From Octopus sinensis (lineage: Eukaryota), in assembly GCF_006345805.1 (NCBI RefSeq), contig NC_043008.1, positions 9,982,001 to 10,046,000 of the forward strand: a DNA stretch of 64,000 nt. The letters run 5' to 3'. The notes beneath the pieces are model-generated. The model was not told the DNA's origin. It was given only the letters and a program-made list of their open reading frames with translations, and searched no databases. This document shows, one piece after another, positions 26,437 to 41,024 of the stretch (position 1 is the stretch's first letter; each line of letters starts with the position of its first letter). Position numbers and translations under genes: made by a program.

Positions 26437-27119
26437 CTTGTCCATGACTAATTTGTCGTTAAATAACAAATTTAATCTCAACAGGAATATAATTAACAAG
26501 CTTATCGTCTGCCCGCATTGAATTGATTCGGGTGTAACTCAGAGTTCGGTTACCACTGCAAAACTCTTCCACCTGCGATTTAACGATATTCTCGTTGTTG
26601 TTTCAAACCACACAAAAACCTGTGTAGGGGTTAAATCCATTATTTTCCTTACCTTTCCAAAATAGGCTTGCTTTATCTACACACAACCTAGACACCTCAC
26701 ACCAGATCTAACTTGTTTCTTCTTTAAGAGACCTTGAATTGAAGGAATAACTCAATGGAAACATATTATCTCCATCAAACCTAAACAAGATACTCACAAA
26801 AGCATATAAAAGAGTCTTTATAATCACGAACACATCTACGCGATTAAGAATTTGGCTTCAAAAATACGTAGTTCTTTTTTTATGTGTTGCAACAGTGCGG
26901 CACCTCTTTTATAACACACTTGGGTAGTCAAAGTCTTCAGAATAAAATATGGTACATGGAAACTATGTGGAAGCCCTTTGTAGAGATCGTTCCTAGTTTG
27001 GAGTGGTAGAATTAATGTGTCGTTAGTTTTAACACTATAAGGTGGTTCTGTAAAGGCTCGAGAGGCTGCTACTTATCTTCGCACTATAAGAATTTTTACA
27101 TCGAGAAACCTTCATCGTC

Positions 27120-27147
27120 TATAGATAGAGAGAGAGGGGGAGAGAGG

Positions 27148-27210
<63 letters not shown>

Positions 27211-27211
27211 G

Positions 27212-27297
<86 letters not shown>

Positions 27298-27570
27298 AGA
27301 GAGAAGAGGGAAAGAGAGAGAGAAGAGGGAGGGAGAGAGAAAGAAGAGGGAGAGAGAGGAAGGAGAGAGAGAAGAGGAGAGAGAGAGAAGAGGGAGAGAA
27401 AGAGAGAGAGAAGAGGGAGAGAAAGAGAGAGAGAACAGGGAGAGAAAGAGAGAGAGAAAACAGGGAGAGAGAGAAAGAGGGAGAGAGAGAAAGAGGGAGA
27501 GAGAGAGAAAGAGGGAGAGAGAGAAAGAGGGAGAGAGAGAAAGAGGGAGAGAGAGAAAGAGGGAGAGTGG

Positions 27571-27602
<32 letters not shown>
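27120..27602. repeat. (ATAG)n plus AG-rich purine tract plus (GT)n
   Basis: Direct reading. Confidence 0.95.
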
Positions 27603-27607
<5 letters not shown>

Positions 27608-28129
27608 AAAGTATGAAAGTATGCGTAATGAAAAAAATAATGATACGAAAATATAAAAAAAATATATAAAGTGAAAGGAGGAAAAGGGAAAAAGTGGGAA
27701 TAAACAGAAATAAAACGTGATGAGAGAATTTCAAATTTACACTGGCAGATCGACATTTTGCCGTGAAGTGGGAATGCGCAGCCTAAGTTATCTTCGCGGT
27801 AATTATTCATCGCCCTGCATCACATCATAGGTTGTAGTGAGACCAAAGCTACACGATAACAGCACAGATAATGCCGTGTCAATAATAATGTCTCCTATCA
27901 ATCATACAAACTATACAACTTCTCCGAGTGTTTAATGCATCAAACATAATTTCTAGCGACATATCAGAACAGTAGGACTTAATAACAGCTAAGTGAGAAA
28001 TGCTGTTGGCCTATTAGCTGTCTATATATATATGTATACCACAGCGTTAGAATCGACTTGCCACTGCTGTGGCTACGATTGCCAAAATGCGGCTGTGTTA
28101 CACAATGTTATTCATGACTGAGAAAGCAA

Positions 28130-29305
28130 GGAACTAGCAGAAGCGTTTATTCACAGAGGAAAAAATCTTTTGGCAGTATTTCGTCCGTCTTTACGTTTTG
28201 AGTTCAAATTCCACTGAAACTCGCTTTGCCCTTTAATCCTTTCGGGGTCGATAAAATAAGTACCGGTTGAGCTCTGGGATCTTTTCGGTTTGAACGGCAG
28301 TTTTTAACATAATTTCTAGGTAACTAAAAAATTTAAATTCCATATACTGATAGAATGTGTTTATAAAACATCTTTTTCTCTTGGCTTTATTGAGAAAATT
28401 CTATAGTTTGTAAGATATTTGTTGATTTTTTTCTTCAATTTCTGCAATTTCAACCAATCACTGACGTCTATTGAGGTAAAAAAAACATTCTGTGCCGTAT
28501 GAATATGTCCCTCGTTTAAGAAACAGATTGGGTTTATTTACATTTGTGAAGAAAAAAAAAGATACCCTTCCCCCCACCCCTAACCCTAACCCTAAAACAG
28601 ATTGAAATGCTAGGGTCATATCGATACTTGGATCGATACTAGGGTCATAATTATGGGTGACAATTTCATATGACACCGTTAGAAAAAACTGCCGTTCAAA
28701 CCGAAAAGATACGCAGGATTTCGTCCGTCTTTACGCTTTGAGTTCAAATTCCACTGAAACTCGCTTTGCCTTTTAATCTTTTCGGGTTCGATAAAATAAG
28801 TACCAGTTGAGCTCTGGGTTTGATGTAATCGATTAAACCTCTCTTCCGAAATTGCTGGCCTTGTGCCAAAATTTGAGGAAAAGGTGGTGAGCTGGCTGAA
28901 TCGTTAGCACGCCGGGAAAAGGGCAAAATATTTAGCGGTTTTTTGTCTGTCTTTATGTCCAGGGTTCAAATTCCAATTCAAATTCGATTTTATCTTTCAT
29001 CATTTCAGGGTCGATAAAATAAGTACCAGTTCAGTACTAGGGGCGATGTAATCGACTTACCTCCTCTCCCGAAATTACTGGCCTTGTGGCAAAAGTTGAA
29101 ACCAATATTATTCATAACTAACAAAACAGCGCCGGGAAAAATCCTTAGCGGTATTTTGTCTCGTCTTTATGTTCTGAGTTCAAATTCCGTCGAGGTCGAC
29201 TTTACCTTTCATCCTTTCGGGGTCGATAAAATAAGTACCAATTGAATACTAGGGTTAACATAATCGATTTATCTCCTCCTCCGAAAGCGCCGGCCAAAGT
29301 TTTAA
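28130..29305 (+). mobile_element. Cluster of diverged SINE family A copies, one interrupted by the MITE
   Basis: Copies at ~28130-28276, 28713-28880, 28888-29105, 29130-29305. Confidence 0.75.
28277..28712. mobile_element. Second copy of the same MITE, opposite orientation, inside a SINE
   Basis: Same TIRs and interior as 61899-62362; flanked by 104-bp direct repeats. Confidence 0.85.
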
Positions 29306-30035
29306 ACCAACATTACTTATGGCTATCAATATTTTCCGCTTCACTATAAATTCTTCCAGTTCTTTTGGATAATTTCTGCTTTAGAAATATTCACTAAATT
29401 GCTTTATCATTTTTTGTCTTTTTTTCTTTGTTTTTTGCTTTTCCCTCAAGCGGGTGGTGTCTAAGATAAATTTATTCGTTGAATATTTCTACTTTTCTAC
29501 ACCTGATTGTCTACATTTTTGTATATTAACTTCGTGTGTCTCTAATCATTACTTTAGCAAATAACCATAAATTCTATTTGCCATTGATAATGAAGCTGAA
29601 ATATATACGAAGTTGTTTGTAAAACACGTGGTCTAGTAGTTAGGGTATTACACTTACTTTCACAAGTCTGAGGTTTCGATTCCTGGACTGGGCGGTGCGT
29701 TGTGTTCTTGCGCAAAACACTTCATTTCATGTTACCTCAGTCTAACTCCGCTGTAAATGAATAACACTGGAAACGTGAAAAGCATGGACGACCTCGACGA
29801 GATTTGAACTCAGATCTAAGAGAACCAGAGCGTATATGGCAAAGCATTTTATACAATGCTCTACCGAGCAGAACAATACCGAGTCTGCCGCCAACTCACC
29901 ATCTTTTACGAGTTTATTATTTCGTGAATAAACAATATTTGGTGACAGAAACTGTAAAACACCAAAACTGAATAGCTTGGAACATGCAGTCTTTAGTTCT
30001 GTTCTGCTAAATTCAAATCCCAATGAAGATCGATT

Positions 30036-30270
30036 CTTATTTCTTTACTGCCCACAAGGCTCTACACGCAGAGGGGACAAACAAGGAAAAACAAACGGAT
30101 TAAGTCGATTATATCGACCCCAGTGCGTAACTGGTACTTATTTAATCGCCCCCGAAAGGATGAAAGGCAAAGTCGACCTCGGCGGAATTTGAACTCAGAA
30201 CGTAGCGGCAGACGAAATACTGCTAAGCATTTCGCCCGGCGTGCTAACGATTCTGCCAGATCGCCGCCTT
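30036..30270 (-). mobile_element. SINE family A
   Basis: Near full length. Confidence 0.85.
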
Positions 30271-31428
30271 CCCCAATGAAGATCGATTCTATCTACTCTT
30301 GCTCCAGGCAAGTGGGTTCTGGGGTAAAGACGTTATAACCTAGTGGTTAGACTGTTGTACTCAAAAGGTTAAAGTGTTAGGTTCGATTCCCTAACAGGGA
30401 AGTCATATAATTTATTCCCGTTGTTTCAGTCTGCTCCAAGTGGAAACGAATCACATCTCATGTAGAGTGCAGATCATTAACCCCTCTTGCAGATCGTTAA
30501 CCCCAAATCTTGAGCAAGCTATCAATAGACCTTGACGGCTACGTCCTCACACTAAATGGTGAAATACTGGAATACATTTACTTGACTTCAATTCATTCCT
30601 TCAAATTTCTGCTGATAATCTAATAAATCTAATAAATCGAAGGATGGTGAGGACGGTTTGGTTGCAGAAGTTAAATGGCGGAAGTGGTAGAGAGACAGAC
30701 AGAGCATATCATGATATTTAATATGTTGTAAGTTCAAATCCCAACGACGTCAACTTTGCCTTTTATTCTTCTGGAGCAGGTTCGATAAATTAGAATACTA
30801 GTCAAATACTGTTATTAATATGGTTTCCATTCAATACAGTTATAGATCGATATATGAATGATTTCCAAAGGGCCTTCATCTAATGACTGTATATGTGATA
30901 GTGATGAAGTACAGAAAGGTTACAGCAAAAGGGAAAACATCTTGTGTTATTAAATTATATATCTACTTTCTAAGTTCATATTCCTTATTGATATTACTTT
31001 TCTAAGTTGAAGCTCGAATTTTGGGCTTCCGGATGTCGACTAAATTAGAATCAATCAAATACTGTTATCGTTTTGATTGATTATATTAATTTTCATGACT
31101 ACCACCACAAAAACAAATGTCGTAGCATTGTTAAATGTATTTGTAATCCGTATTTGTTTTCATACCATCTCAAATTACGGCCGCAATGCTCGGCATAATA
31201 TTTTTATCCATTTCCTCGATGACAGAATAAAGCAAAAACTTATCCCTCCTGATATCGACTGTAATTCTCCCGAATGAAATCTGAAGCTATACGTATTTTA
31301 GAATTGTATTCTGCTTATTACAGTTTTAAACAACGGAAAGAAATCGAAGATACAATTGAAATATTTAACGAAATATTTAACGAAACAATATTATGAAGAT
31401 CTATATATTTACGCATAGATAGATAGAC

Positions 31429-31501
<73 letters not shown>

Positions 31502-31502
31502 T

Positions 31503-31545
<43 letters not shown>

Positions 31546-31582
31546 CATAGATACATAGATAGATACATAGATAGATAGACAT

Positions 31583-31668
<86 letters not shown>

Positions 31669-31806
31669 GTACATGAATATATTTATATGCGTGTGTGTAT
31701 GTGTATTCATATAATTATATACACATACATACATATATACATACAATATATATACGTGCATATGTGTGTATATACGCATGTACAGATGCATGTACATATA
31801 CATACG

Positions 31807-31840
<34 letters not shown>

Positions 31841-33654
31841 ATATATAATATATATTAAATATATAATGTATTATGTACGTATACATGTATGTATGCATGC
31901 ATGTATTTCTGTATGTGCGTATGAATGTTCGTATGCATGCATGTAATTATGTATGTATGTACGTATGTACGTATGTACGTATGTATTACGTACTTTTGGA
32001 TGTATTATGTATGTGACTTCTGTTCCTTAGACTCGTAGAGATTGTAAGCAATCAAACATCTGCGTGCACAAGAAAGCTAACAAACGAACCTAAAAACATA
32101 ATACTTTCTCATTTGTCTTGCTACTGCTGAGCATTTCATTAGTTTTGCTGACAGATTAAACTAAATAGTACTGCAGCGAAAAGACACATTTGCTATTTAT
32201 ATTTTTATCTCTAAACGAGGTGTGTAAGACGGCAGTAATTACATCTCCTGTAACAGATAAAAATATAAATTCTCGGTCGTTCGTCATTTTGTATGAGCCA
32301 AATTTCTCCGAGAAACACCGAGGAGAGAAAAAAAAACAGAAATGATAGATATATAATTGAAAATATATAGCCTGTCTACACATAAAAAACATATATGATT
32401 AGATATATATATGTTTAAAACATGCAGTTTACGTACAAGCACTAATAGATACCTACATGTATGTACGTGTATGTGTATATGTGTCCAATAATATATGTAT
32501 ATCTGTATTGGAGAGAATCACCGGTGTTTCTCAGAAAATATATGGATGTAAGATAATATAGTTTTGTCGAGTTCCGAATGTATATAAGATGTATATGCGA
32601 GTGTATATATGGAAGTGGGCGAACATATAAATATACAAAGCTTATTAGAAGTTCAAAGATTAGAATGAATATGCATACGTATAAAAGGAGATACAAAGGT
32701 AGATAAACACAAATTAGCTTTAGACGTTTCTTGACATACAGCACAAAATACAGATTACAAAATAAAGGAAAACAGAAAGAAAAAAATCAGAACAGAAGAA
32801 TTATATAGTCTTGTCTCGACAGCTGTTTCAAGATAGCCATAACTTACGTAATAGCCACATTCATACGCAACGTGTACATAATTTTATAGCGACCAATCTC
32901 CATGAAATTTTCAAATTTAAAGCAATGTGGCCAATGCATTTGCCACTTTGTTCTTGAGAAGGGACGCTTAACACATTAACGATTTCATCTGGAATTGTAG
33001 CTGGACACACACCTATTACATCATGCTCTTATTACTTAAGAATGTGGTCATTACGCAAATAATGATTGACTTAAAACAGCTGTAGAGATAAGACTTCTGT
33101 ATTGTTTTGATTTCTTTTCTTTTTTCTTTATTCGGCAATCTGTAATTTGTCCTCTATGCAATAAAGGTCTTAAACCTGCCTTTCTTCCTCCTTTACTACA
33201 AGATAAGATTGTTTTTATAGCTGAGTTTCGATACAGAGGCGCCGGTCGTGGATAAAGAGGTTGGAGTTTAAGTTCCCATCCATTCAAGTATCACTCTGTC
33301 TTATCTATTATCTATACAACCCTATTTTGATTTCATCCACTCACTGTATATGTGTGTGTGTATACACATCATAACTCGTAATTACCAGTACTCTAAGTTG
33401 CACTTTTCTACTGGTCTGTAAGCGGCTGGTTTTGCTTCGAAGTATCTATTTTATCAATACATTTTGGAGACACATAGATATTATAATGATTTCCTCAGAA
33501 ACAACGGGTTCTTCGAAATGATTAAATACGTTAAAAAAATAGCACAAAGACTACACGACGTCAGATTAGTAAGGGAAAAGGAGCATTTCATAATGGAGGA
33601 TGTAACCTAGCATTAAAAACTAACATAGCTAGAGAATTCCTTAATTTAATATTC

Positions 33655-33884
33655 TTTTATTCATTTTCTTGTTCCAGTCATTCGACTGCGGCCATGCTGG
33701 AACACCGCCTTAAAGGTCTTAGTTGAAGAAACGACACCAGGAATTATTCTTTGTAAGCCTAGTACTTATTCTATCGTTATATTTTGCCGAACCGCTAAAC
33801 ACTAATTTCTCTTGTTAACTTACAGCATAAAATGCTCCAGCGATGGTCGGGGGACCGCGGACACACACACGTACTACATAATAC

Positions 33885-33945
<61 letters not shown>

Positions 33946-34232
33946 ATATATTATATCTATATATATAATATCTATTCTATTATATATAAATATGATACAT
34001 ATTACATATACATATTATATATATATAATAAACACACACACACACACTATATTATATATACATATATATTATATATATAATACGAACGGACTCTTTTTCA
34101 AGTTTCGGTTTTACCAAATACCACTTCACAAGGCTTTGGTCGGCCTGAAGACACTTACCCAAGGTGCCCCGCAGTGGGACTGAACCCGGAGCCATGGTAT
34201 TAGAAACCAAGCTTCTTGCCACGCCTGCGCCT
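33655..34232 (-). mobile_element. SINE family B, diverged, expanded linker
   Basis: As above. Confidence 0.75.
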
Positions 34233-34454
34233 ACATTTTCCGTCTTGTCATAACTATAGTAAGATATGAAATAGAATGTTAAGGCTAGTTATTGAACTGG
34301 TAAGAATTTGGGTTGTTAAACTAGAGGTTATAATGTTACAAAAAATAACATATATGAAAATCAGGAACAATGTGATTAAAAACACAAAAATAAAACAGAA
34401 AATGCGTAATGTTCATTATGTAACTATAATTCAAAGGACAATAGCAGAAGTAGG

Positions 34455-34812
34455 TGCCGAGATGGCTATGTGGTAAAGATGTTCGCTCTTCAACCACAAG
34501 GTCTTAGGTTCAGTCCATTGCGTAGCACCTTAGGCAAGTATCTTCTACTATAGCATCAGGCCGACCAAAGATTTGTAAGTTATTCTGATAGACAGTGACT
34601 GAGTGGATTCTCAACGTGTGTGTGTGTTGTGTTTATGTTTGTCCCCGTCACGGCTTGACCTTCGGTGTTGGTTTCTTTACGTCCCCGTAACATTAGCGGT
34701 TCGGCAAAATAAATCAATACGTCCTGAAATCGTATCGTTCGATGAAACCCTTCAAGGCGGTGCCCCAGCGTGACCGTAGCCCAGTGACTGAAACAAATAA
34801 ACGATAAAAGAT
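34455..34812 (+). mobile_element. SINE family B, diverged
   Basis: As above. Confidence 0.7.
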
Positions 34813-35639
34813 GGAAAGGAAGACAAAAGAAGTTATATTCAGGAAAATGTTGCCAATAGAAATAAAAATAAAATGCATTACTTGAGAAACTGGTTTATGA
34901 CCAACCAGATGAACAAGACGTGGAATTCGAAAGCGTAAAGATTTTTGTTTTAATTTTCAGGATAGTTAGACGAGAATAATCGTACACAGTCATGTCAAAA
35001 ATGGTTACTTAAGGTTCTGTTGTTACTGTAGCAACTCAGATAAATTAGCCCTTAAGCGGTAAAAAATATTACGCAACATATATTTTGAAGGGTGCCTGAC
35101 GCAATTTAGATGCTCAAATCTTTTATTTCACGCACGAGAGTTTTCAAACAGGATAAATTATTTTCCCTCAAATACAGATTATAACTCAAAACCAAACGAA
35201 AATATCCCTGCTAATACGGTCACGCATGATCTAAGATACTCCAACATATTTCGAGCACAGCTAAGCTGGATTTCTTTAAAAACCAAACAAGCTTCCATAA
35301 AGTTATCTAGAATTTTTCTTTTTCGGTTTTCAAAAATGCAATACTACTGGAAGAGAAAATAGTAAAATGAAAATTGAAAGGGAATATCTGTTTTATTGAG
35401 ATTTCATATTATCCCTGTTGGGATGTAATAGTTTTTAATATGTATCTATTCTTCAAGAGTATGAAGAGATTAGTTAGTGAAAATATACAAGAAAGTATTC
35501 GATGTCAGAGACTCACAGAGCATAAGAGGAAGAAACATAAGAGGAAGTAGAAAGACAATGTGGGAAAATGTATGTACGTATATATGTATGAATGTATGAA
35601 TTCATGAATATGTAAGTATGTATGTATATATGTATGTAT

Positions 35640-35960
35640 GTAAAGGCTTGTGATATGCAGGACACTGACTGGGAGAACAATGCCTGTCATCGCCACAGAT
35701 GGAGGAAGCAGGTTAAGGAGGGGATCGACACTTTTGAGAGAGCACGTATCCAGCATGAAGAACTTAAGCGAGCTGCGCGAAAGCGCACGGCTCGTATAAT
35801 GAATGGGGAAAGCTTGGTTCGCAATGTTTGCAAAGAGCAGGGTTCATTAGCCACCAACAGAGCCGCAAATGCAAAATGTAAGTTAGTCCTAGAGCGCACA
35901 ATGTTCCTGAAGGTCGACAACGGTCTTCCTCGGTCACGAGTGGACGGCCATCATATCATC
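35640..35960 (+). pseudogene. RTE LINE ORF2 C-terminal fragment
   Basis: KACDMQDTDWENNACHRHRWRKQVKEGIDTFERARIQHEELKRAARK fits the RTE C-terminal pattern WE..A.DR..WR..V..G...FE; flanked by (TATG)n. Confidence 0.75.
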
Positions 35961-36449
35961 ATGTATGTATGCATATATGAATGCATGTAGGTAGGTGTGC
36001 ATATATGTATGTATGCATGCATGTACGAATGTATGTATGAATGTACGTAGGTATGGATATATGCGTGTGTTTGTATGTATGTATGTCTGTACGTACGTAT
36101 GTATGTACTTACGTGATTGGTGTGTGCGGATATGTATGTATATATGTGTATGTATGTATGTATGTATGTTTTCTCTTTCGCTTTTTTAATTCAGAGTAAA
36201 TTTTTCCCGACCACCTCCTTGATAGCAAGATTGTGAAGGAAAGCATGTATGTATAAATGTGTGTATGAATGTATGTAGGTATGTAGGTAGATATGCATGT
36301 ATGTATATATGTATGTAGGTGTGTATACATGTATGTATATGCGTGTATATATGTCTGTATGTATTTGTATGTATGTCTCTGCGTATGCATGTATGTGTGT
36401 GTATATATATATGTATTTATGTATGTGTATGCATGTATACATATATATG

Positions 36450-36483
<34 letters not shown>

Positions 36484-37285
36484 GTATACATGTATGAATG
36501 TTTGTATGAATGTATGTCTGTATGTATATATGCATGTAGATAAGTAGGTATATATGTAGGTATGTAGATAGGTAGGTAGTTATGCATGTGTGTAATATGT
36601 ATGTATTTGTGTATGTGCGTATGTATGTATGTTATATGTGTATATGTATGCATATTATGTATCTATGTACATATTTAAGTGTTTGTATGTATATATAATG
36701 AGTGAGAGAAAGAGAAAAGGAAGATCTATGGAAGGACGAAAGGTGCAAGAGATAGTAGCAAAGGTGAAGCGTGTAACACGATATATTTCCACGTAGATAT
36801 AAACTTAAGACACCAAATGCAGTTGTTTAGTGTTGAGTCATTTATTAACTGACAAATAAATTGCATGCCAGGCCTTCGTAGTTTCTTTCTTTATTCTCCT
36901 CTTCAGCGTTTTTCTTCTTCTTCACAAAATCTGTCTTTCTTAATTAAAACCTTGCAATGACTTTTTTTCCCGCCCGTTTCAATTCTAACCAAATATACAT
37001 TATACGATGTATACGCATATATACATGGTAGGAGGGCGTTTGTGTATGTACGTGTGTGTTTGAGTATGAATGTATGTATGTACGTATGTATGTATGTGTG
37101 TGTATGTATGTATGTGTGTGTATGTATGTATGTATGTATGTATGTATGTATTTTTGTATGTATGTATGTATGTATGTATGTATGTATGTATTGTATGTAT
37201 GTATGTATGTATGTATGTATGTATGTATGTATGTATGTATGTATGTATGTATGTATGTATGCGTGTATGTATGTGTGTATGTAAT
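35960..37285. repeat. Degenerate (TATG)n tracts
   Basis: Direct reading. Confidence 0.9.
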
Positions 37286-37523
37286 GGTGATGTATTGATG
37301 ACGTATGTAGTAATTTTTTTATATAAATTTCTCCTCTGAGTCGGAGAAAAAAATCCCTAGCGGCAAATGTTGGAAACAAAGACAAGGAGATATAATTTGA
37401 AGAAAGACAGGAATTAATTTCTCCATTTAACTTACAGACTTGGGAGAAAAACAGATGGATCTTTGTTTGCAAACAAGAGTGAACTAAGGACATATACATA
37501 TGTATATACATACACACACACAC

Positions 37524-37559
<36 letters not shown>

Positions 37560-37625
37560 GTAACAAGCACATGTGTATATATATATATATATAAACGTAC
37601 ACACGCACATGTATGTGTGTGTGTA

Positions 37626-37870
37626 CAGTAACCCCTCGACTATCGCGGGTGTTACGTTCTAAACCGCACTGCGATAGTCCGCGAAGTAGAAACAGTACTC
37701 TGCTGGATTTCTTTTTATTATCATTTCTATAATTTCTATATATTTATTTTATTATATATGCAAAACAACACCACGGAGAAATCGGAGTAAGCTTAAATAA
37801 TAAACCGCGATAGGTGAACCGCGATAGGTGAACCGCGATAGGTGAACTTCAATATGGCGACGGATTATTG
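37626..37870. mobile_element. Tigger/pogo-like MITE
   Basis: CAGTAACCCCTCG...GGATTATTG ends with TA flanks; internal 14-bp unit CCGCGATAGGTGAA x3. Confidence 0.55.
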
Positions 37871-38134
37871 TATATATATATATAAAGTTTTAAAAAGAGA
37901 GAGATGATACAATAATATACATGCTTTATTTCTTACTTGTTTCAGTCATTAGACTGCGGTATCACTGGGGTATCACCTTGAATTGTATCGGTCCTCTTTT
38001 TACCGGACCGCTAAGTTACGGGATGTAAACAAGCTAAGATTGATCGTCAATCAATGGTTGGGAACTAGCGCAAACACACGTAGATACGTTCGCGCGTGCG
38101 TGTGTATGTGTGTGTGGTGTGGTATGGTATGCGT

Positions 38135-38366
38135 GAGCGAGCTGGCAGAAAGGTTAGCATGGTCAGGCGAAACGCCTAGCAGTATTTCGTCTGCCGCTAC
38201 GTTCTGAGTTCAAATTCCACCGAGGTCGACTTTGCCTTTCATCCTTTCGGGGTCGATTAAATAAGTACCAGTTACGCACCGGGGTCGATATAATCGACTT
38301 AATCCGTCTGTCTGTCCTTGTTTGTCCTCTCTGTGTTTAGCCCCTTGTGGGTAGTAAAGAAATAGG
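38135..38366 (+). mobile_element. SINE family A nested in the microsatellite linker of a family B copy
   Basis: Flanked by (GT)n; family B tail at ~37935-38070 and head at ~38420-38572. Confidence 0.85.
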
Positions 38367-38378
38367 TATGTATGTGTG

Positions 38379-38423
<45 letters not shown>

Positions 38424-41024
38424 CGTGAGGCTTCTTTTAATTCCCGTTCACGAAATCCACTCACAAGGTTTTGGTCGATCCTGGAATAAAATAGCAGACA
38501 CTTATTCAAGGTGGCAAAAAGGTGGGTTAAACCCGTTTGCAATGCAAGCTTATTACCACACAGCCCATGTCTGCACCATCAGAGATATTTATAAAAGGTT
38601 TTGCAAAGAATTCTTGTTACAATCACAATAGATGAAGATTTTCATATATTTAAAATTATTATATAAAGAAAATATTAGAAATCTTTTTTTAAGAAATCAG
38701 AATGATACGAGCCGTTTGGAAGGAAATTTTCTTATATTTACCTCATAACACATATGTTATGGAGTAACTCGTAGAGAAACTTTTTGCTTTTATTTTTAAA
38801 AAACATTAAGGCGTCTGAAGGTATAGTTGTGATGATAGTATCTATTTTGAGGATGTTAGCGTTAAGTCTAATGTGGAATAAGGAAGAAGAGTTAGTGTCA
38901 TTCATAAAAAGTTTGTGCTGCCGTACGGTTACAAATGGAAGAAGAGATATTAAGCTGAAATATAGAAAATTTATGCATCATCATACAGTAGTCGAAGTTA
39001 TTAATGGTAAAGTATGTAAATTTGATTGTATTTCTGTCAAGTATTTTCTGTCATTTATCGTTATGAGAGAAGAGTTTCAATTCTAACCAAATATACATTA
39101 TATGATGTATATGCATGATGAAGGGAACGGTGAAGTGAACCGCGTGATATTTTTCTTTACCTGTTATTTTTGTATAATTATGAATGTAAAAGGGAGTTAT
39201 GCATTTGATCACACCAGTGAAATCGCTACGCTTCGGAGTCGTCTTACTGAGAATGGAGACAATATTATTGAAATTACTTTCGCTAGAAAAGACACTAAGT
39301 TATACAGAAATGGATGATATTATCTCTTGAATAATGTATATGGGTGAATAACTTGTTTATATAGACTAAACTTTCATTTGGTCTTTATAGAGGCAAAATC
39401 CATCGAGGTCTAAAAAAATGTTGCACCTTAGAAGATCAAAATGAGGCGTTATTCTGCGGTTATTTGAAATGCTAAATCTTTAATAAAAATCGCGGCCATT
39501 TTTACTAAAGGAAAATTTGGAGATTGTGTTTATATTTTTTGAAGTAGTAATCCGTTATTTTGGAAGATAACATTTTGGTACTGAAAGGAACTTCATTTTA
39601 AGAATATTTAGAATGTAAATGCCCTTGTTAATCATTAATTTCAACGAAATTTTTGCATAGCATAGTGCCAATGAAGAGTTGAGAAAACATTTCTATACAC
39701 AATATATTTTTTGTAAAAATGGTGACACTTTCAGTCACTAAGGATAGTTTCTATTTGACGTTAGCTTATAGAAATGGTTTTCCCAAATTGATGTCATCAT
39801 GAAGGTGGCTTCATCATGGAGAAATAGAATTTGCAAATATCAGACCGGACAACATGACAGCCTTTCCGTTCGCGTTTATTGGTGGGCCAATGTTGGATTT
39901 TATTAGAACTAAAGAAACTCATGCTGTAGGTTCACTAGTTTTCGTCGTCTTCTGGTAGACTACGAAATACTGTTAGTAATATATAGTTGGTGTGTGTGTA
40001 ATGTTAGTTATATAAAGTCTAATTGCCTGATATAGATTTACTAATTATACAAAAGTCTGGTTGAGCGGTTGATTAGACTGATGAAAGAATGTGTCTGGAA
40101 TGATTAAAATTTCAGCTCTATCATCGATTTCTAATTTGCTAACCATTTCCTTCTGTGGAAAATGGTTTGTCACTGAGAGAACTAATGTACGTTTACTTCT
40201 CTTGCTTTGGAAAAAGAGCGAAGAGGCGGAGATGTGTTTTCTTGTCGACTTGATGTGTTTTTAGTTTCTTTTGAATCGATAAATAAATTGTAGCTGTTCG
40301 TAACAGCATTGGGTTTTTTTTTAAATACAGTTTGAAATTTGTAGCTTATTTTATTTAACTTATAATTTTTTGTCATAGACAGCACATTTTCTTCGACTGG
40401 ATGTAATATGAGAATTTGAAGAACTTTTATACATTTCCAGGTAATATTTATCATTAAAATTATCAGTAGAGGAGACATCAGATTGATTTTTCATCAAAAT
40501 AGGTTTTCTGTCTTAAACTTTTCACAAAACTTTTAGTTTTCAGTAGAAGTGTAATTGGAATATTATTTGTAGCAGGTAGAGGAACATTCTAAGAAGAGAA
40601 ATGGTAATGCTACGGTCGCATTCCTGAAGTATATTTGTGCTATAAAAATTGTTCGACTTAGAGAAAGGAGCTTTAAGTAAGGCTTATGGTTTTAAGCAAA
40701 TTATTGAAAATAATTAATAACATTTACTGAAAAGGACTTGATGTATGTGTAGAGAGTAAATGATTTATTAAACAAAATAAAGTGACTGTAACTTCAAAAT
40801 TTTGCCAATAACAACTCGTAGAGGGAGGTTAGAAGTTGGTGTAAATAGTAAAAAGAACGGGAAAAGTTACAAACCAAGTGGGAATCTGTAGAATATAGGT
40901 ATTCCCCCAGCATCTTCCTTTATTTATTTCTACAAGACTTGAATTCTATAGTAGCTGCGTTCCCTATCCAGTAGTTACTCCAACTCCAAGGTTGGCTTCA
41001 AAACTTCGAGGTCACTGTATACCT

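Noticed and set aside
30123-30338. Recurrent 'RPRKDERQSRPRRNLNSER' peptide as a gene family
   Set aside because: It is an incidental reading frame of SINE family A.
34961-35058. Strong + strand acceptor TTTTAATTTTCAG with downstream GTAAAA
   Set aside because: All three frames are closed and the donor is weak; could only be non-coding and is unsupported.
39270-39360. Polinton/PolB motif-like YYLLNNVYG
   Set aside because: Single short motif flanked by stops; no other PolB motifs recognised.
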